Source: Anaerolineae bacterium | GTDB lineage: Bacteria; Chloroflexota; Anaerolineae; S140-20 | Direction: 5' to 3' | Assembly: GCA_027021705.1 (NCBI GenBank) | Contig: JALUTT010000059.1 | Location: forward strand, 1 to 64,000 | DNA: 64,000 bases | Shown here: piece after piece, positions 1 to 9,034 of the stretch | Numbering within the stretch: the first letter of the stretch is position 1 | Layout: every line of letters begins with the position of its first letter | Notes under the pieces: model-generated | What the model saw: the letters and a program-made list of their open reading frames with translations, nothing else | Database searches by the model: none | Told to the model about the DNA's origin: nothing | Translations under genes and position numbers: made by a program

Positions 1-52
1 TAAGGTGCTGATATAGCAGGTCTCGGAACCGGCGAAGTTGGGATTCGCTCAT
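1..52 (-). CDS. 5' end of an ORF running off the left edge (MSESQLRRFRDLLYQHL...), possibly a transposase
   Basis: ATG at 52 preceded by GGGAGT; open to the window edge; start codon lies in the loop of a long hairpin (17-80). Confidence 0.3.
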   Translation of the reverse strand, partial: MSESQLRRFRDLLYQHL

Positions 53-132
53 ACTCCCAACTTTGCCCGGTTCCGGCCTGATTGTCAAGTCCTCCCAAGG
101 ATGGGAGCAGCTTTGTCAAAAGTCCAATCCTT

Positions 133-1437
133 TCACACAAGAGTCTTTAGGAATGCCTTCAGAACGTCAGGCTCACCATCCAATGGTTCGATGAGACGTA
201 CTTCGTCCTGGGTAAGTCCTGCTTCTGGATGGGCAATCACTTGGCCAGAACTCTGGCGCTTCAATACATACCCGCCAGGAGGGTCTACAGGTCCCTGAAG
301 AATACAAGCCAGCCCCACGACGCCGTTCTGACAGGCAACTGGCCGTAAGAGCAATCGGCTGGCAAACCGTTCACTCTCAGCAGCCTCGAGTACAGTTTTA
401 TAGGGATCACCTTGCGCTTCATCTTTGAATTGAAAAATGATCGGAAGTCCTAACTGTCCACGCGGGAACTTGTCTTCGACGGGATGCTCTGGTCGATGAG
501 CTGGCTGACGGTCCTCTTGCTCATCAAGTAGGAAACGTCGTATTGCGTCTGGTTCTGGCCACTTGCTGCGCCCGTAGGGGCGTCCCCGTGCATCGGGATA
601 GCGTGCCTGGCGGAATTCTCTTAGCGCCTTGAAGAGATTCCTCCAGGCTTGGTCTGCACTTTGGAATCGCTTGGTGACGACTAAGGGCATCTGTGGGTGC
701 AGATGAGGAACACCGTCCGGCCATCGTTGGCCCGCCATATGCTGGTGTAGTCTCTGGCGGATGTCACGATCCATATTGTCAGGATGTGGTAAAGGGATTT
801 CTTGACCATTTACTTCAAGCAACTGTAACGCTCCGAAACCTCGCCGCGTGCGTGCGCCCACACCACCAAATGTTTCCCACGCCCAGAGCGCTGCTTCTAC
901 ATCCTCGCGAAGGCGCTCGGGGAACGTGATGCTGAGTTCAAATTCCACATCACGCCACACGCTTCCCGCCGGCTTCGTTATGCTCCCATTTTGGTCGTGT
1001 TCCTCACGTAGTGGGAAAGCCACATAGCTGTATGGCGAGCGTGGATCACCAAGTGAAACTCGCCTTTTCCTAGGCCGCGTGGTAATCTCAACATCTCTCC
1101 AGATATTTCCTTGGTTCAAAACCTTAACTTCTAACCACACCTCCGATGGTCCCGGCTTGCCCTCCGCTGCCGCCGAGCCCCAGATAGCCTCTTCTGCACG
1201 GCGCATAGCTTCCAAATCACCATTGAACTGCCCACCGCGTGTGGCACGCCACCAAAAACGTAGTAGCCCGCGAATCTCGCTGGCACGTACCACCGTCACC
1301 TCGTCCGGCTGCTGTGGCTCAGCGCCGCCGCCAAAGAGCGGCGTGATAAGATGATAGCGACGCACCTGTCGAACGTGGTCGCTTTTGGGCTGCACTCGCG
1401 GTGGTGATGTGGCAGGTGGTTTACGATTATCGAACAT
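133..1437 (-). CDS. cmr1: Type III-B CRISPR RAMP protein Cmr1
   Basis: ITPLFGGG, RASEIRGLLRFWWRA and Gly-rich FGGVGARTRRGFG RAMP motifs; GGAGG RBS before ATG 1437. Confidence 0.92.
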   Translation of the reverse strand: MFDNRKPPATSPPRVQPKSDHVRQVRRYHLITPLFGGGAEPQQPDEVTVVRASEIRGLLRFWWRATRGGQFNGDLEAMRRAEEAIWGSAAAEGKPGPSEVWLEVKVLNQGNIWRDVEITTRPRKRRVSLGDPRSPYSYVAFPLREEHDQNGSITKPAGSVWRDVEFELSITFPERLREDVEAALWAWETFGGVGARTRRGFGALQLLEVNGQEIPLPHPDNMDRDIRQRLHQHMAGQRWPDGVPHLHPQMPLVVTKRFQSADQAWRNLFKALREFRQARYPDARGRPYGRSKWPEPDAIRRFLLDEQEDRQPAHRPEHPVEDKFPRGQLGLPIIFQFKDEAQGDPYKTVLEAAESERFASRLLLRPVACQNGVVGLACILQGPVDPPGGYVLKRQSSGQVIAHPEAGLTQDEVRLIEPLDGEPDVLKAFLKTLV

Positions 1438-1447
1438 CTTAAGCCTC

Positions 1448-2656
1448 CTACGTCTTGCTCCACGTGCCCAGCAGGGCCACGCCAAACCCATCACGACGAT
1501 GTTGGTCGCTGTAGCGGCAATCGGGACCGTCTTGATCATCGCTCACTGGCTGCATCCAGATTGCCTCAATGAACTGTTCGATGGCAGCCGTGTTGCCATT
1601 GATGATCTCAAAGAAGTAAACGCTCCCAGCCGGCGCCAGACGGCGTGTTGGCTTCGGGGTCCTCCTCTCATAGTCCCAGCCAGAGATGTGGACTGGCCGC
1701 GGAACGGCTGCCGCCACGATGTGCAACTTCACCCCGCTTGGGTGGTTAAGCACCCAAGTAGGCAAGAAGCCTTTCTGGAAGAAGGCGGGCGTTGCCAGCA
1801 CCAGGCGACCACGGCGATGCTTCGCAATCTGCTGGCGAACCTCCACAGGACACGTGGGTAACTCGACTTCAGATCGCCGCCAGAAAACAACCCGCCGCTC
1901 ACCGCCTAACGAGCCCACCCCTTCCTCGAACGGTTGCGCATTCGTTCGTATAAGTAGCGCAAACTGACTGGCCTCTCCGAGCGCAGCGTGGTGCTGCTTG
2001 ATTGGTGCACGAACAAAGCTCAGGCCTCCTGTCTGGAAGAGTGCACCCTCTTCAGTTTTGGCCGTCCGGGTTTCGGAGTTGATGCCTACATGCGTGCGAA
2101 AATCCAGAAGCAGATCTTCCAGTCCCCAATCGTGTAAGGGAATTCGCTCTTGCACGTGAGGTGCCTTCAGCCAGGTCTCTAGATGCTCCCAATTCCAAAA
2201 TCGTGGCGCCCTGGGGTGGCGTTTGGCGCGTGTGAGCTCAACAGGCGCGACCAGTTGCAGGCCGTTCGGCAGGTTGGTTTGTACATCATCGAAAGCTCTT
2301 GTAGGTTGTAGTGGAACCAGACGGGCTTCGCGCTCGTTCGATGACTCAATGTAGGTGAATAGAGCATCTCGGGGTGCTGGCAGTAGCAATGAGTCTGTCT
2401 TCATGTCATACAGAAACGGTCCCACGATCTGATAGCTGAGAATCTGCCTGATGACTTGCTCGTCACCATCGGGGAAGATGCCTCCGTGCTGGAGCACCGC
2501 GCTGCGCGTGCGGACAGCCCCTGCCAGCGTCGAAGGATACGGGAACGGTACCGATTTGGCTCGCGCGCCCGGGACACCAGTGAAAGGCTTCCCATCACGG
2601 AACACGAGCGGATCGCGTGGTTCGACCAGCCAGGTTTTCAAACTTTTCTCCCTCAT
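1448..2656 (-). CDS. cmr3: Type III-B CRISPR protein Cmr3 (Cas5 group)
   Basis: PRDPLVFRDGKPF, PYPSTLAGAVRT, LGGERR, SGWD, PAGSVYFF and DGFGVALLG motifs; ATGA overlap with the cas10 stop. Confidence 0.92.
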   Translation of the reverse strand: MREKSLKTWLVEPRDPLVFRDGKPFTGVPGARAKSVPFPYPSTLAGAVRTRSAVLQHGGIFPDGDEQVIRQILSYQIVGPFLYDMKTDSLLLPAPRDALFTYIESSNEREARLVPLQPTRAFDDVQTNLPNGLQLVAPVELTRAKRHPRAPRFWNWEHLETWLKAPHVQERIPLHDWGLEDLLLDFRTHVGINSETRTAKTEEGALFQTGGLSFVRAPIKQHHAALGEASQFALLIRTNAQPFEEGVGSLGGERRVVFWRRSEVELPTCPVEVRQQIAKHRRGRLVLATPAFFQKGFLPTWVLNHPSGVKLHIVAAAVPRPVHISGWDYERRTPKPTRRLAPAGSVYFFEIINGNTAAIEQFIEAIWMQPVSDDQDGPDCRYSDQHRRDGFGVALLGTWSKT

Positions 2657-4422
2657 GATGTTCCCCCTCGAACGTCTTGGTTCGATCCCGCCATCTCCTC
2701 TGCGCTGGCGATCTCGGCCGCAATGATCATCTCCTGTGCCAGTTCGTTTAGTGGCACTCTCGTCAACCATCGCTTGATCGCGCCGATCACTTCTTCGGCA
2801 AGTTCTTTGTCGCTTTCCGATTCGCGCTTGCGCCTCAGAATGCGGGTGGCTTCAGCACGTAAGGCTGCTTCTGAGAGCACGCTTCCCATCGTGTATGCCA
2901 GGCGCTCGAATTCATAGGGTGTGCCTTTGCTGAGCGTGCCTGTACGCCACCACCCCGCCATAGTTCGCAGACGCTCGACCAACGGCTTGACATCTGCCTG
3001 TTCCTCAGTGTCTGATTTGAGCAGATGTCCCTTCACTCGCCGCTCGATACCACTGCGCCTGCTAAGTGTAATGGCGAGGGCGTTCTTACCTTTTACCAGC
3101 TTAGCCACTTTCTCCGTACTGCGCACCAACTCAAGCGCATCGCTCAACGGTTCCATGTAGTGGATGATAACCAGCCCGGCTGATAGCGTAGGATGCATTT
3201 CTTTTCGCAGACCCTGCTCATCGGTCTCGAAGGAGAAAGATCCCAGGCGTTCTTCAAATTTTTCAGCCAACCGCTGGACACAATCCAGGACAGTATGCAG
3301 CGGCAGATACGCCAGTATATCATCGCCGCCAGTATAAACGGTAATGCCCTGATGCTTACTGACGATTTCAAGCACTTCCTTGGCGAATCTGCTCAAGGCC
3401 TGTGAAAGCCGTCTGTGATCTTTCGGTGTCTCTTGGGCATCAATTACTTTACCCATATTGTCGCCGTCAGCCAATAGCAGAGCATAGTAAGTGCCGGGGC
3501 GCTGTGATCCAGCATATCTCAGTACGATCTCATCGTGCTTGCGCAGCACGGTGTCCACGATATCCTCTTGACCAAAGGTGAAGCGGACCTCTGAAGGGTA
3601 AACAACACCATAATCACGAATAAAGTTAATTGCCCCATAACGCTCAAAGAGGGCTATCAATTCACCAAAGAGCGCCTCTGCTTTCTCTTCTCCTAGCCCT
3701 TCCATAAAAGGCAGCGCAGCCATATGAGAGGTGCTCTTGAAAGTTCCCTCCTCACGCAGCTTGCCCCAGCGCTTGAGCAGGTCTACGCCCGAGAGCAACT
3801 CACCACGCCGCACCTTATAGCGTTTCATCTGCGCTTCATTGGGTGATGGCGCATGGTCTGGAACCAATGCCATAACATGCTCTCGCGCACCATCTATGGA
3901 TGACTTAAAACGCCTTTTCCCCTGGTAAGTGCTGAAGTCACGTGTCGCCTTGCGGGCAGCCAGAGCTCGTTCGCAGCGGTCACGCACGTCTGGGTACTCA
4001 TTCTCATCAGGGAGTGGCGCAGCAACCCAGTAAAACTCGATCAGGTCTTTCAACTGCCACTCGGCAAGGCTACGGTCAACGATTTTTTCCAGACTTTCTG
4101 CGGCGAATTGCCATTCACCGAACAGGAAATCATACAGCGTTCGTTCGGTGTGTTCTGCCAAGCTTGCAGGATCGCTCTGCACAATAGCCACCACTTTATT
4201 GGCGACCGAGAGCGGACTCCCTGCCCTCAACTCATCCTGGCTTGCAGGGGCAGGAAAGACAAGTGCCTTGAAGTCCTCTTTCTCAGCGATGGTACGCGCG
4301 ATGGCCTTCGCCAGTTCACTAAGCAATTGCGAGCCGTACGCCAAGTCGTGGCTGCTTCGCGCCGCAGCAATGAAGCTTTGCACCGGCCCAATTGTGCAGA
4401 TGAACAGATACTTATGATCCAT
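2653..4422 (-). CDS. cas10: Type III-B Cas10/Cmr2 with intact GGDD palm and no N-terminal HD domain
   Basis: TIGPVQSFIAAAR N-terminus, YYALLLADGDNMG, VYTGGDDIL; AGGAGG RBS before ATG 4422. Confidence 0.93.
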   Translation of the reverse strand: MDHKYLFICTIGPVQSFIAAARSSHDLAYGSQLLSELAKAIARTIAEKEDFKALVFPAPASQDELRAGSPLSVANKVVAIVQSDPASLAEHTERTLYDFLFGEWQFAAESLEKIVDRSLAEWQLKDLIEFYWVAAPLPDENEYPDVRDRCERALAARKATRDFSTYQGKRRFKSSIDGAREHVMALVPDHAPSPNEAQMKRYKVRRGELLSGVDLLKRWGKLREEGTFKSTSHMAALPFMEGLGEEKAEALFGELIALFERYGAINFIRDYGVVYPSEVRFTFGQEDIVDTVLRKHDEIVLRYAGSQRPGTYYALLLADGDNMGKVIDAQETPKDHRRLSQALSRFAKEVLEIVSKHQGITVYTGGDDILAYLPLHTVLDCVQRLAEKFEERLGSFSFETDEQGLRKEMHPTLSAGLVIIHYMEPLSDALELVRSTEKVAKLVKGKNALAITLSRRSGIERRVKGHLLKSDTEEQADVKPLVERLRTMAGWWRTGTLSKGTPYEFERLAYTMGSVLSEAALRAEATRILRRKRESESDKELAEEVIGAIKRWLTRVPLNELAQEMIIAAEIASAEEMAGSNQDVRGGTS

Positions 4423-4600
4423 TCGCAAACCTCCTGGCTTCTTCACTATACCGATATCGGGGCGTCTGCTGGGAGTGATCTCAAGAGCCGGCGACAACGC
4501 CGGGAACTATAGCACTCTGACCACCCGGTGCCACGACAGCCCAACGCAGTCCGGGTTCGCCCCACAGATGAGGGGCAAGTCTTCGGCTACAGGGTCTACG

Positions 4601-4673
4601 CCATTCTACCCTCCCTCCCACTTCCCCACATCCCACCTTCCCCCGAAATCTTTCGCAGGTTTCTGGGATGTGG
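4601..4673 (-). promoter_or_regulatory. Putative promoter (-10 TAGAAT) and inverted-repeat operator upstream of the cmr operon
   Basis: CCACATCCCA (4626-4635) / TGGGATGTGG (4664-4673) inverted repeat; ATTCTA at 4603-4608. Confidence 0.45.
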
Positions 4674-4723
4674 AACCCCCGCAAACGGGGTATGCTTCTC
4701 CTATGGGATGGGGAGCCGTGGCC

Positions 4724-5596
4724 CTACCGAAAGAAAGGTCCGAACTTCTCGTGCAGAAAGTGGTACGTCAACCAGGTCCCCTCCGGCAACTCCCAGGCGT
4801 TCCGGCACTCGGCCAGGATCACCCGCTTGTGGTCGTCCACCGTGCTCAGGGTGATGCAGAGGGCCTCGGCCACCTCCTGCGGGGTGGCCCCCGCCGCAAA
4901 GGCCCGCAGCACCTCGCACTGCCGTGGCGTCAAGCGCTCGATCACTGCCTGACAGCGCCGGCGGTCCGCCTCGTCCAGCCAGAGAGCGGGCGCGGCCATC
5001 GCCTCCCCGGGGAGGAGCTGGCTCAACTGGCGCAACGGAGGGAAGTAGGCCCCCCACGGCACCAGCGGCACCCGGATCAACCGCACCCCGTCCTCCGGGT
5101 GAGCGTGCATAATGGCCCCCTCCGCCGCCCGGGCCAGGAAATCCCTCGGCGTGTACAGGTGCCACATCCGGTCCTGGTGCGAGAAGTGCAGCATCGCCGC
5201 CGACATGGCCAGCAGGGCCAGCAGCCGCCGCCCCCCGGCGATGCAGACGTGCAGCCGCCGTCCCTGGGCCTTCAACGTGGCGATCAACTCGTGCACTGCC
5301 TGGAAGGCCGCCTCCGCCTCCACCTCGTCGCGGATGTCCGGCAGCCGCCTCCGCCCATCCCGCACCGGCACCGGACGGAAGCGGATGCGCTGCCCCCGAT
5401 ACCGGTCACCGGCGAACTCCATCGCCAGCCGGGCCAGCGCCTGCCCGAACCGGGGGTTCTCCGGCCCCAGGTGGAGCACCACCACCTCCCGGATGCGCTC
5501 GCCCCGCGCCAGCAGCGCGTCCAACGCGAAGGTGACCACCTGGGGCTGCCCCCCCAGCGTCGCCAACAACGTGCTCTCCTGCATCGCTTCCGGCAT
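4724..5596 (-). CDS. CRISPR-associated CARF-family (NE0113/Csx14-like) protein with C-terminal LuxR-type HTH
   Basis: LLATLGGQPQVVT and HVCIAGGRR CARF motifs; LTPRQCEVL...EVAEALCITLSTVDDH HTH; adjacent to cas10. Confidence 0.8.
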   Translation of the reverse strand: MPEAMQESTLLATLGGQPQVVTFALDALLARGERIREVVVLHLGPENPRFGQALARLAMEFAGDRYRGQRIRFRPVPVRDGRRRLPDIRDEVEAEAAFQAVHELIATLKAQGRRLHVCIAGGRRLLALLAMSAAMLHFSHQDRMWHLYTPRDFLARAAEGAIMHAHPEDGVRLIRVPLVPWGAYFPPLRQLSQLLPGEAMAAPALWLDEADRRRCQAVIERLTPRQCEVLRAFAAGATPQEVAEALCITLSTVDDHKRVILAECRNAWELPEGTWLTYHFLHEKFGPFFR

Positions 5597-5612
5597 ATTG
5601 CTTCCTCCCTCG

Positions 5613-5731
5613 ACTGTTCACCCTCCCGCAGGTTAGGCGCGTTTCCGACGCGAAACCGTGCTTCAAATAGCCCATCGGGGCTGAGAGCGCCCTCGACCGG
5701 TGACCTGCGGGAGGGTAGGCTGATAGATACC
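5613..5731 (-). mobile_element. MITE family A copy (about 120 bp)
   Basis: Internal IR ACCCTCCCGCAGGT/ACCTGCGGGAGGGT; flanking direct repeat TCCTCCCTCG (5603-5612, 5732-5741); four other copies in the window. Confidence 0.8.
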
Positions 5732-5784
5732 TCCTCCCTCGGTTGCACCTTGCCAACTGACCTCGATGCCTGTGAACCAGGAGT

Positions 5785-6951
5785 GTGGCTATGGAACTCT
5801 TCCCGGCCGTCGTCATCGGTGGACCGCCCCACAGCGGCAAATCCGTCCTGACCTACAACCTCACCCAGGCCCTGCGAGCGCGGGGGATCCAGCACTACGT
5901 CCTGCGGGCCGCCCCCGACGGCGAGGGCGATTGGAGCTACGAGGCCGCCCAGGAGACCGTGCGCCTCCTGCGGATCAAAGGGGAATTCTCCCCCGGGTTC
6001 GTGGACCACGTCTGCCGCAGCCTGGCGGACCGCCACCTCCCCCTCCTCGTGGACGTGGGGGGGCGACCTACCACCGACCAGGAACGCATCTTCGACTACT
6101 GCACCCACGCCATCCTGCTGACCCCCGACCCGGCCTCCCACGCCACCTGGCTGGACCTGATGCAGCGCCACGCCCTGCCCCTCATCGCCGACCTGACCTC
6201 CAAGCTGACGGGGGAGAGCACCCTCACCGACGCCGGCCCCGTGCTGCGCGGCGTGATCACCGGGTTGGAACGCGGGAGAGCGATCGGCGGCCCCCTCTTC
6301 GAGGCGCTGGTCGAACGGGTGGCCGACCTTTTCGCCTACGACAGCGAGGAGCTGCGCCGGATGCACACCCGTATGGCCCCCGTGGAGACCGTGGTGGAGC
6401 TGGACCGGCTGCTACGGACGCTGCACGCCTCCGCCCCGGACGAAGGAGCGCGGTGGAACCCCCTTGACCTCCTCCCTGCCTTGGATTACCTGCCTCATCA
6501 GACCCCTTTGGGGCTCTACGGTCGGGCTCCCAACTGGCTCTACGCCGCCCTGGCCCTCCACGTCCACCCGGCCCCCCTCCACCAGTTCGACGTCCGCCTG
6601 GGCTGGGTGACCCCGCCCGCGCTGAAGCTGGGGAAACCGCCCGCCCGGTCCCCCTTGCAGGCGCGGGAGCTCGTCCGCCCCAATCACCTCCGCATCGAGT
6701 TCACCCTTCCCAGGGCCTACCTGGACTACGAAGAGGCCCAGGGGCTCCTCGTCCCACCGCCGCCGCCCGATCGCGGGCTGGTCCTCAGCGGCCGGCTGCC
6801 CCTCTGGCTCTGGACCGCCCTGGCCATCGCCTATCGGGGGGCACCGTGGCTGGCGGCCTACCACCCCTCCTTGGGGGACCAGGCGCTGGTGGTCCACTCG
6901 CACCTCCCCCGGCCCCGACTAGGGGAACGGGTCCTCTCGCCGCCGCCGTAG
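5785..6951 (+). CDS. csx3: P-loop NTPase fused to two Csx3 (Crn3 ring-nuclease-like) domains
   Basis: GGPPHSGKS Walker A, APDGEGDW, LVDVGG; Csx3-like motifs GRAPNWLY..FDVRLG and SGRLPLWLW..YHPSLG..VVHSH. Confidence 0.82.
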   Translation: MAMELFPAVVIGGPPHSGKSVLTYNLTQALRARGIQHYVLRAAPDGEGDWSYEAAQETVRLLRIKGEFSPGFVDHVCRSLADRHLPLLVDVGGRPTTDQERIFDYCTHAILLTPDPASHATWLDLMQRHALPLIADLTSKLTGESTLTDAGPVLRGVITGLERGRAIGGPLFEALVERVADLFAYDSEELRRMHTRMAPVETVVELDRLLRTLHASAPDEGARWNPLDLLPALDYLPHQTPLGLYGRAPNWLYAALALHVHPAPLHQFDVRLGWVTPPALKLGKPPARSPLQARELVRPNHLRIEFTLPRAYLDYEEAQGLLVPPPPPDRGLVLSGRLPLWLWTALAIAYRGAPWLAAYHPSLGDQALVVHSHLPRPRLGERVLSPPP

Positions 6952-7045
6952 GCCGGCACCATCACCCGTCCACCCCATTTTACCATCCCCCCACCCCCAC
7001 ATCGGTGGGGGAGCAGACTCGACCATCCGACCAAGCGCCCTAGCG

Positions 7046-7094
7046 GCGGACCGAGGACTGAGGACTGCGGACTGAGGACTGCGGACTGCGGACC
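7046..7094. repeat. Heptamer tandem repeat, 7 copies of G(A/C)GGAC(T/C)
   Basis: Read directly between the convergent csx3 and WYL genes. Confidence 0.9.
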
Positions 7095-7136
7095 ACCCGA
7101 CCAAAAGAACAGACCGGGGGCCCGCAGGCCCCCAGG

Positions 7137-8156
7137 TCACAGGTCATAATTGGACATCATCTCGCGCACAATCCGGCGCATCTCTTGCACCATCTCCGGC
7201 CCCCCCACCACCCGGCAGTTGGGGCCGTAGTGGAGGAGAGACCGGACCGCCAGGAAGAGGTCCTCTGTGTGGCCCCGCACCAGGACGCTCCCGTCCTCCC
7301 GCCGCTCGATCGCCTCGACCTCGATGACCGGGTGACGGGTCACCCCCAGCCGCGCCACCCGGGCCGCCAGCTCGTACTCCACGGCGTAGCGCGGGGCCGA
7401 GGGGGGGTAGGGAGGGAGCTTCTGGGGCAACACCTGCAGGTTGAAGATCCGGCCCAGCCGGTAGGTGAAGTACCGCTTCTGATCGTACCGACCCAGCGGG
7501 CCGTCGGTGTAGTGGCACCAGCCCCGCAGGTAGTAGTGGCCCCGCACCGTGTCGAAGTAGCGCTTGTAAGGGTCCACCACGTGACGGCGGGGCGTGTGAT
7601 CGGCCTGCTGGGGTGAGCGGTAGGAGAACTCCACCCGACGGCGCTCCAACAGCGCCCGCGTCAGCCCGTCCCACACCTCCGGCGCGATCTCATCCTCGTC
7701 CCGCTGCCGCAGGTCCAGAGCCAGCGCCGTGCGGTGGCGCTCGATGGCCGCCCTGCGCTCCAGGGGCAGGTAGAGACGCAATCGCCCCAGCAGGCCGTGG
7801 ATCTGGTCGTGCTGGGGCGAACCGAGGTCGAAGGTCTCTTCCAGCCAGGCGATGGTCGCCAGGTCCTCGTCGGGCATGTCCAGGAGCGGTAACCAGGCGT
7901 CCCCGATGACGTATCCACCCTCCTGGCGGGAGAAGTAGAGGTCCACCAGCAGGTGGTCCCGAATCCGCCGCAGGTCGTTCTCCAGCCGGCGGTAGAGGGC
8001 AGCCCCCTGGACGCCGCCGTAGGCTTCCTCCCCTTCGTCCTTGAGGACGGCCTCGATCAGGTCATCCCGGTTGGCCGGCCCCCGCTGGACGCGCCGGATG
8101 ATGGCCAGGCAGCGGCGCAGGACCAGCCAATGGCTCTCGCGTTTCCCCCGTGACAT
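7137..8156 (-). CDS. WYL-domain transcriptional regulator
   Basis: N-terminal wHTH-like region, RVEFSYRSP..VDPY..HYYLRGWC..TYRLGRI WYL core, LLHYGPNCRVVGGPE WCX end. Confidence 0.88.
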   Translation of the reverse strand: MSRGKRESHWLVLRRCLAIIRRVQRGPANRDDLIEAVLKDEGEEAYGGVQGAALYRRLENDLRRIRDHLLVDLYFSRQEGGYVIGDAWLPLLDMPDEDLATIAWLEETFDLGSPQHDQIHGLLGRLRLYLPLERRAAIERHRTALALDLRQRDEDEIAPEVWDGLTRALLERRRVEFSYRSPQQADHTPRRHVVDPYKRYFDTVRGHYYLRGWCHYTDGPLGRYDQKRYFTYRLGRIFNLQVLPQKLPPYPPSAPRYAVEYELAARVARLGVTRHPVIEVEAIERREDGSVLVRGHTEDLFLAVRSLLHYGPNCRVVGGPEMVQEMRRIVREMMSNYDL

Positions 8157-8174
8157 CGTGCCTCCGAGCGTGCC

Positions 8175-8585
8175 TCACCGCGAGGAGACGGTGAGGGGTT
8201 TGACGCGGGGCCAGGCGTGGATGCCGAAGGCCACGACCGCGCCCGCCTCCAACAGCCGTCCCAGGAAGAAGAGCCCCGTCGGAGCCCCCAACGCCGGCCC
8301 CACCCCCGTCAGGAGCAGGCCGGCGTTGAGCAGGACGAAGGCCGCCCAAGCCGCCTTCACATTGCCCCGCGACCCGCCGAAGCGGGGTAGGATCCAGAAG
8401 GCGACGCCCATCACCAGTTGGACCACCCAGCCCAGGAGCAGGAACTCGATGTGGGCCGGCAGGACGCGCCAGAGCGCGGGGTAGAGCGGCACCCCTTTGT
8501 TGAAGAGGAGCAGCCCGCCCAGGGTGAAGCCGGCGAGCAGGTAGATGAGGGAGGCTTTCACAAACCAGCAACTCAGTCGGGGCAT
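8175..8585 (-). CDS. Small 4-TM membrane protein resembling a heme-copper oxidase subunit I fragment
   Basis: HIEFLLLGWVVQLVMGVAFWILPRF; paralog of the adjacent gene. Confidence 0.7.
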   Translation of the reverse strand: MPRLSCWFVKASLIYLLAGFTLGGLLLFNKGVPLYPALWRVLPAHIEFLLLGWVVQLVMGVAFWILPRFGGSRGNVKAAWAAFVLLNAGLLLTGVGPALGAPTGLFFLGRLLEAGAVVAFGIHAWPRVKPLTVSSR

Positions 8586-8586
8586 C

Positions 8587-9006
8587 TCACCGCTCCTTCA
8601 CCCGGCCCCAGGAGTTGAGCACGAACCCCAGGCCGGCCAGCCACTGCAACAGGGCCGAGAGGGCCAGCAGCCCCCCCCAGACCCCTCCCGGATGGGCCGC
8701 TTGCAGCGGCTCCGCCACCGCCCGGAGGAGCAGCCCGCCGTTGAGCAGGCCGTAGGTGGCCCATCCCAGCGCCTCGCTGCCCCGGGGCTTCTCCCGGGAG
8801 TACTTGGGGAACATCCAGTAGGCCACGCCGAAGATGAGCTGGGTCACCCAGCCGACCATGAACAGGTGGAAGTAGACCGGTCCCAGCGCCGCCAGGCCGG
8901 CGGGCAGGCCCAGCAGGCCCCGCCCTGCCAGCACCACGCCGACCAGCAGGGCGGCCACCAGGTAGAGCAGCGAAGACTTGATGAACCAGCGGACGAGGCG
9001 AGGCAT
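8587..9006 (-). CDS. Small 4-TM membrane protein resembling a heme-copper oxidase subunit I fragment
   Basis: HLFMVGWVTQLIFGVAYWMFPK; paralog of 8175-8585. Confidence 0.7.
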   Translation of the reverse strand: MPRLVRWFIKSSLLYLVAALLVGVVLAGRGLLGLPAGLAALGPVYFHLFMVGWVTQLIFGVAYWMFPKYSREKPRGSEALGWATYGLLNGGLLLRAVAEPLQAAHPGGVWGGLLALSALLQWLAGLGFVLNSWGRVKER

Positions 9007-9034
9007 CGGACGATCTCCCGTCGGCGGTCGGCCG

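Noticed and set aside
4475..5851. Long opposite-strand ORFs (this one, 28860-30503, 38657-40831 and similar)
   Set aside because: These are antisense shadows of well-supported genes in high-GC DNA, with no motifs.
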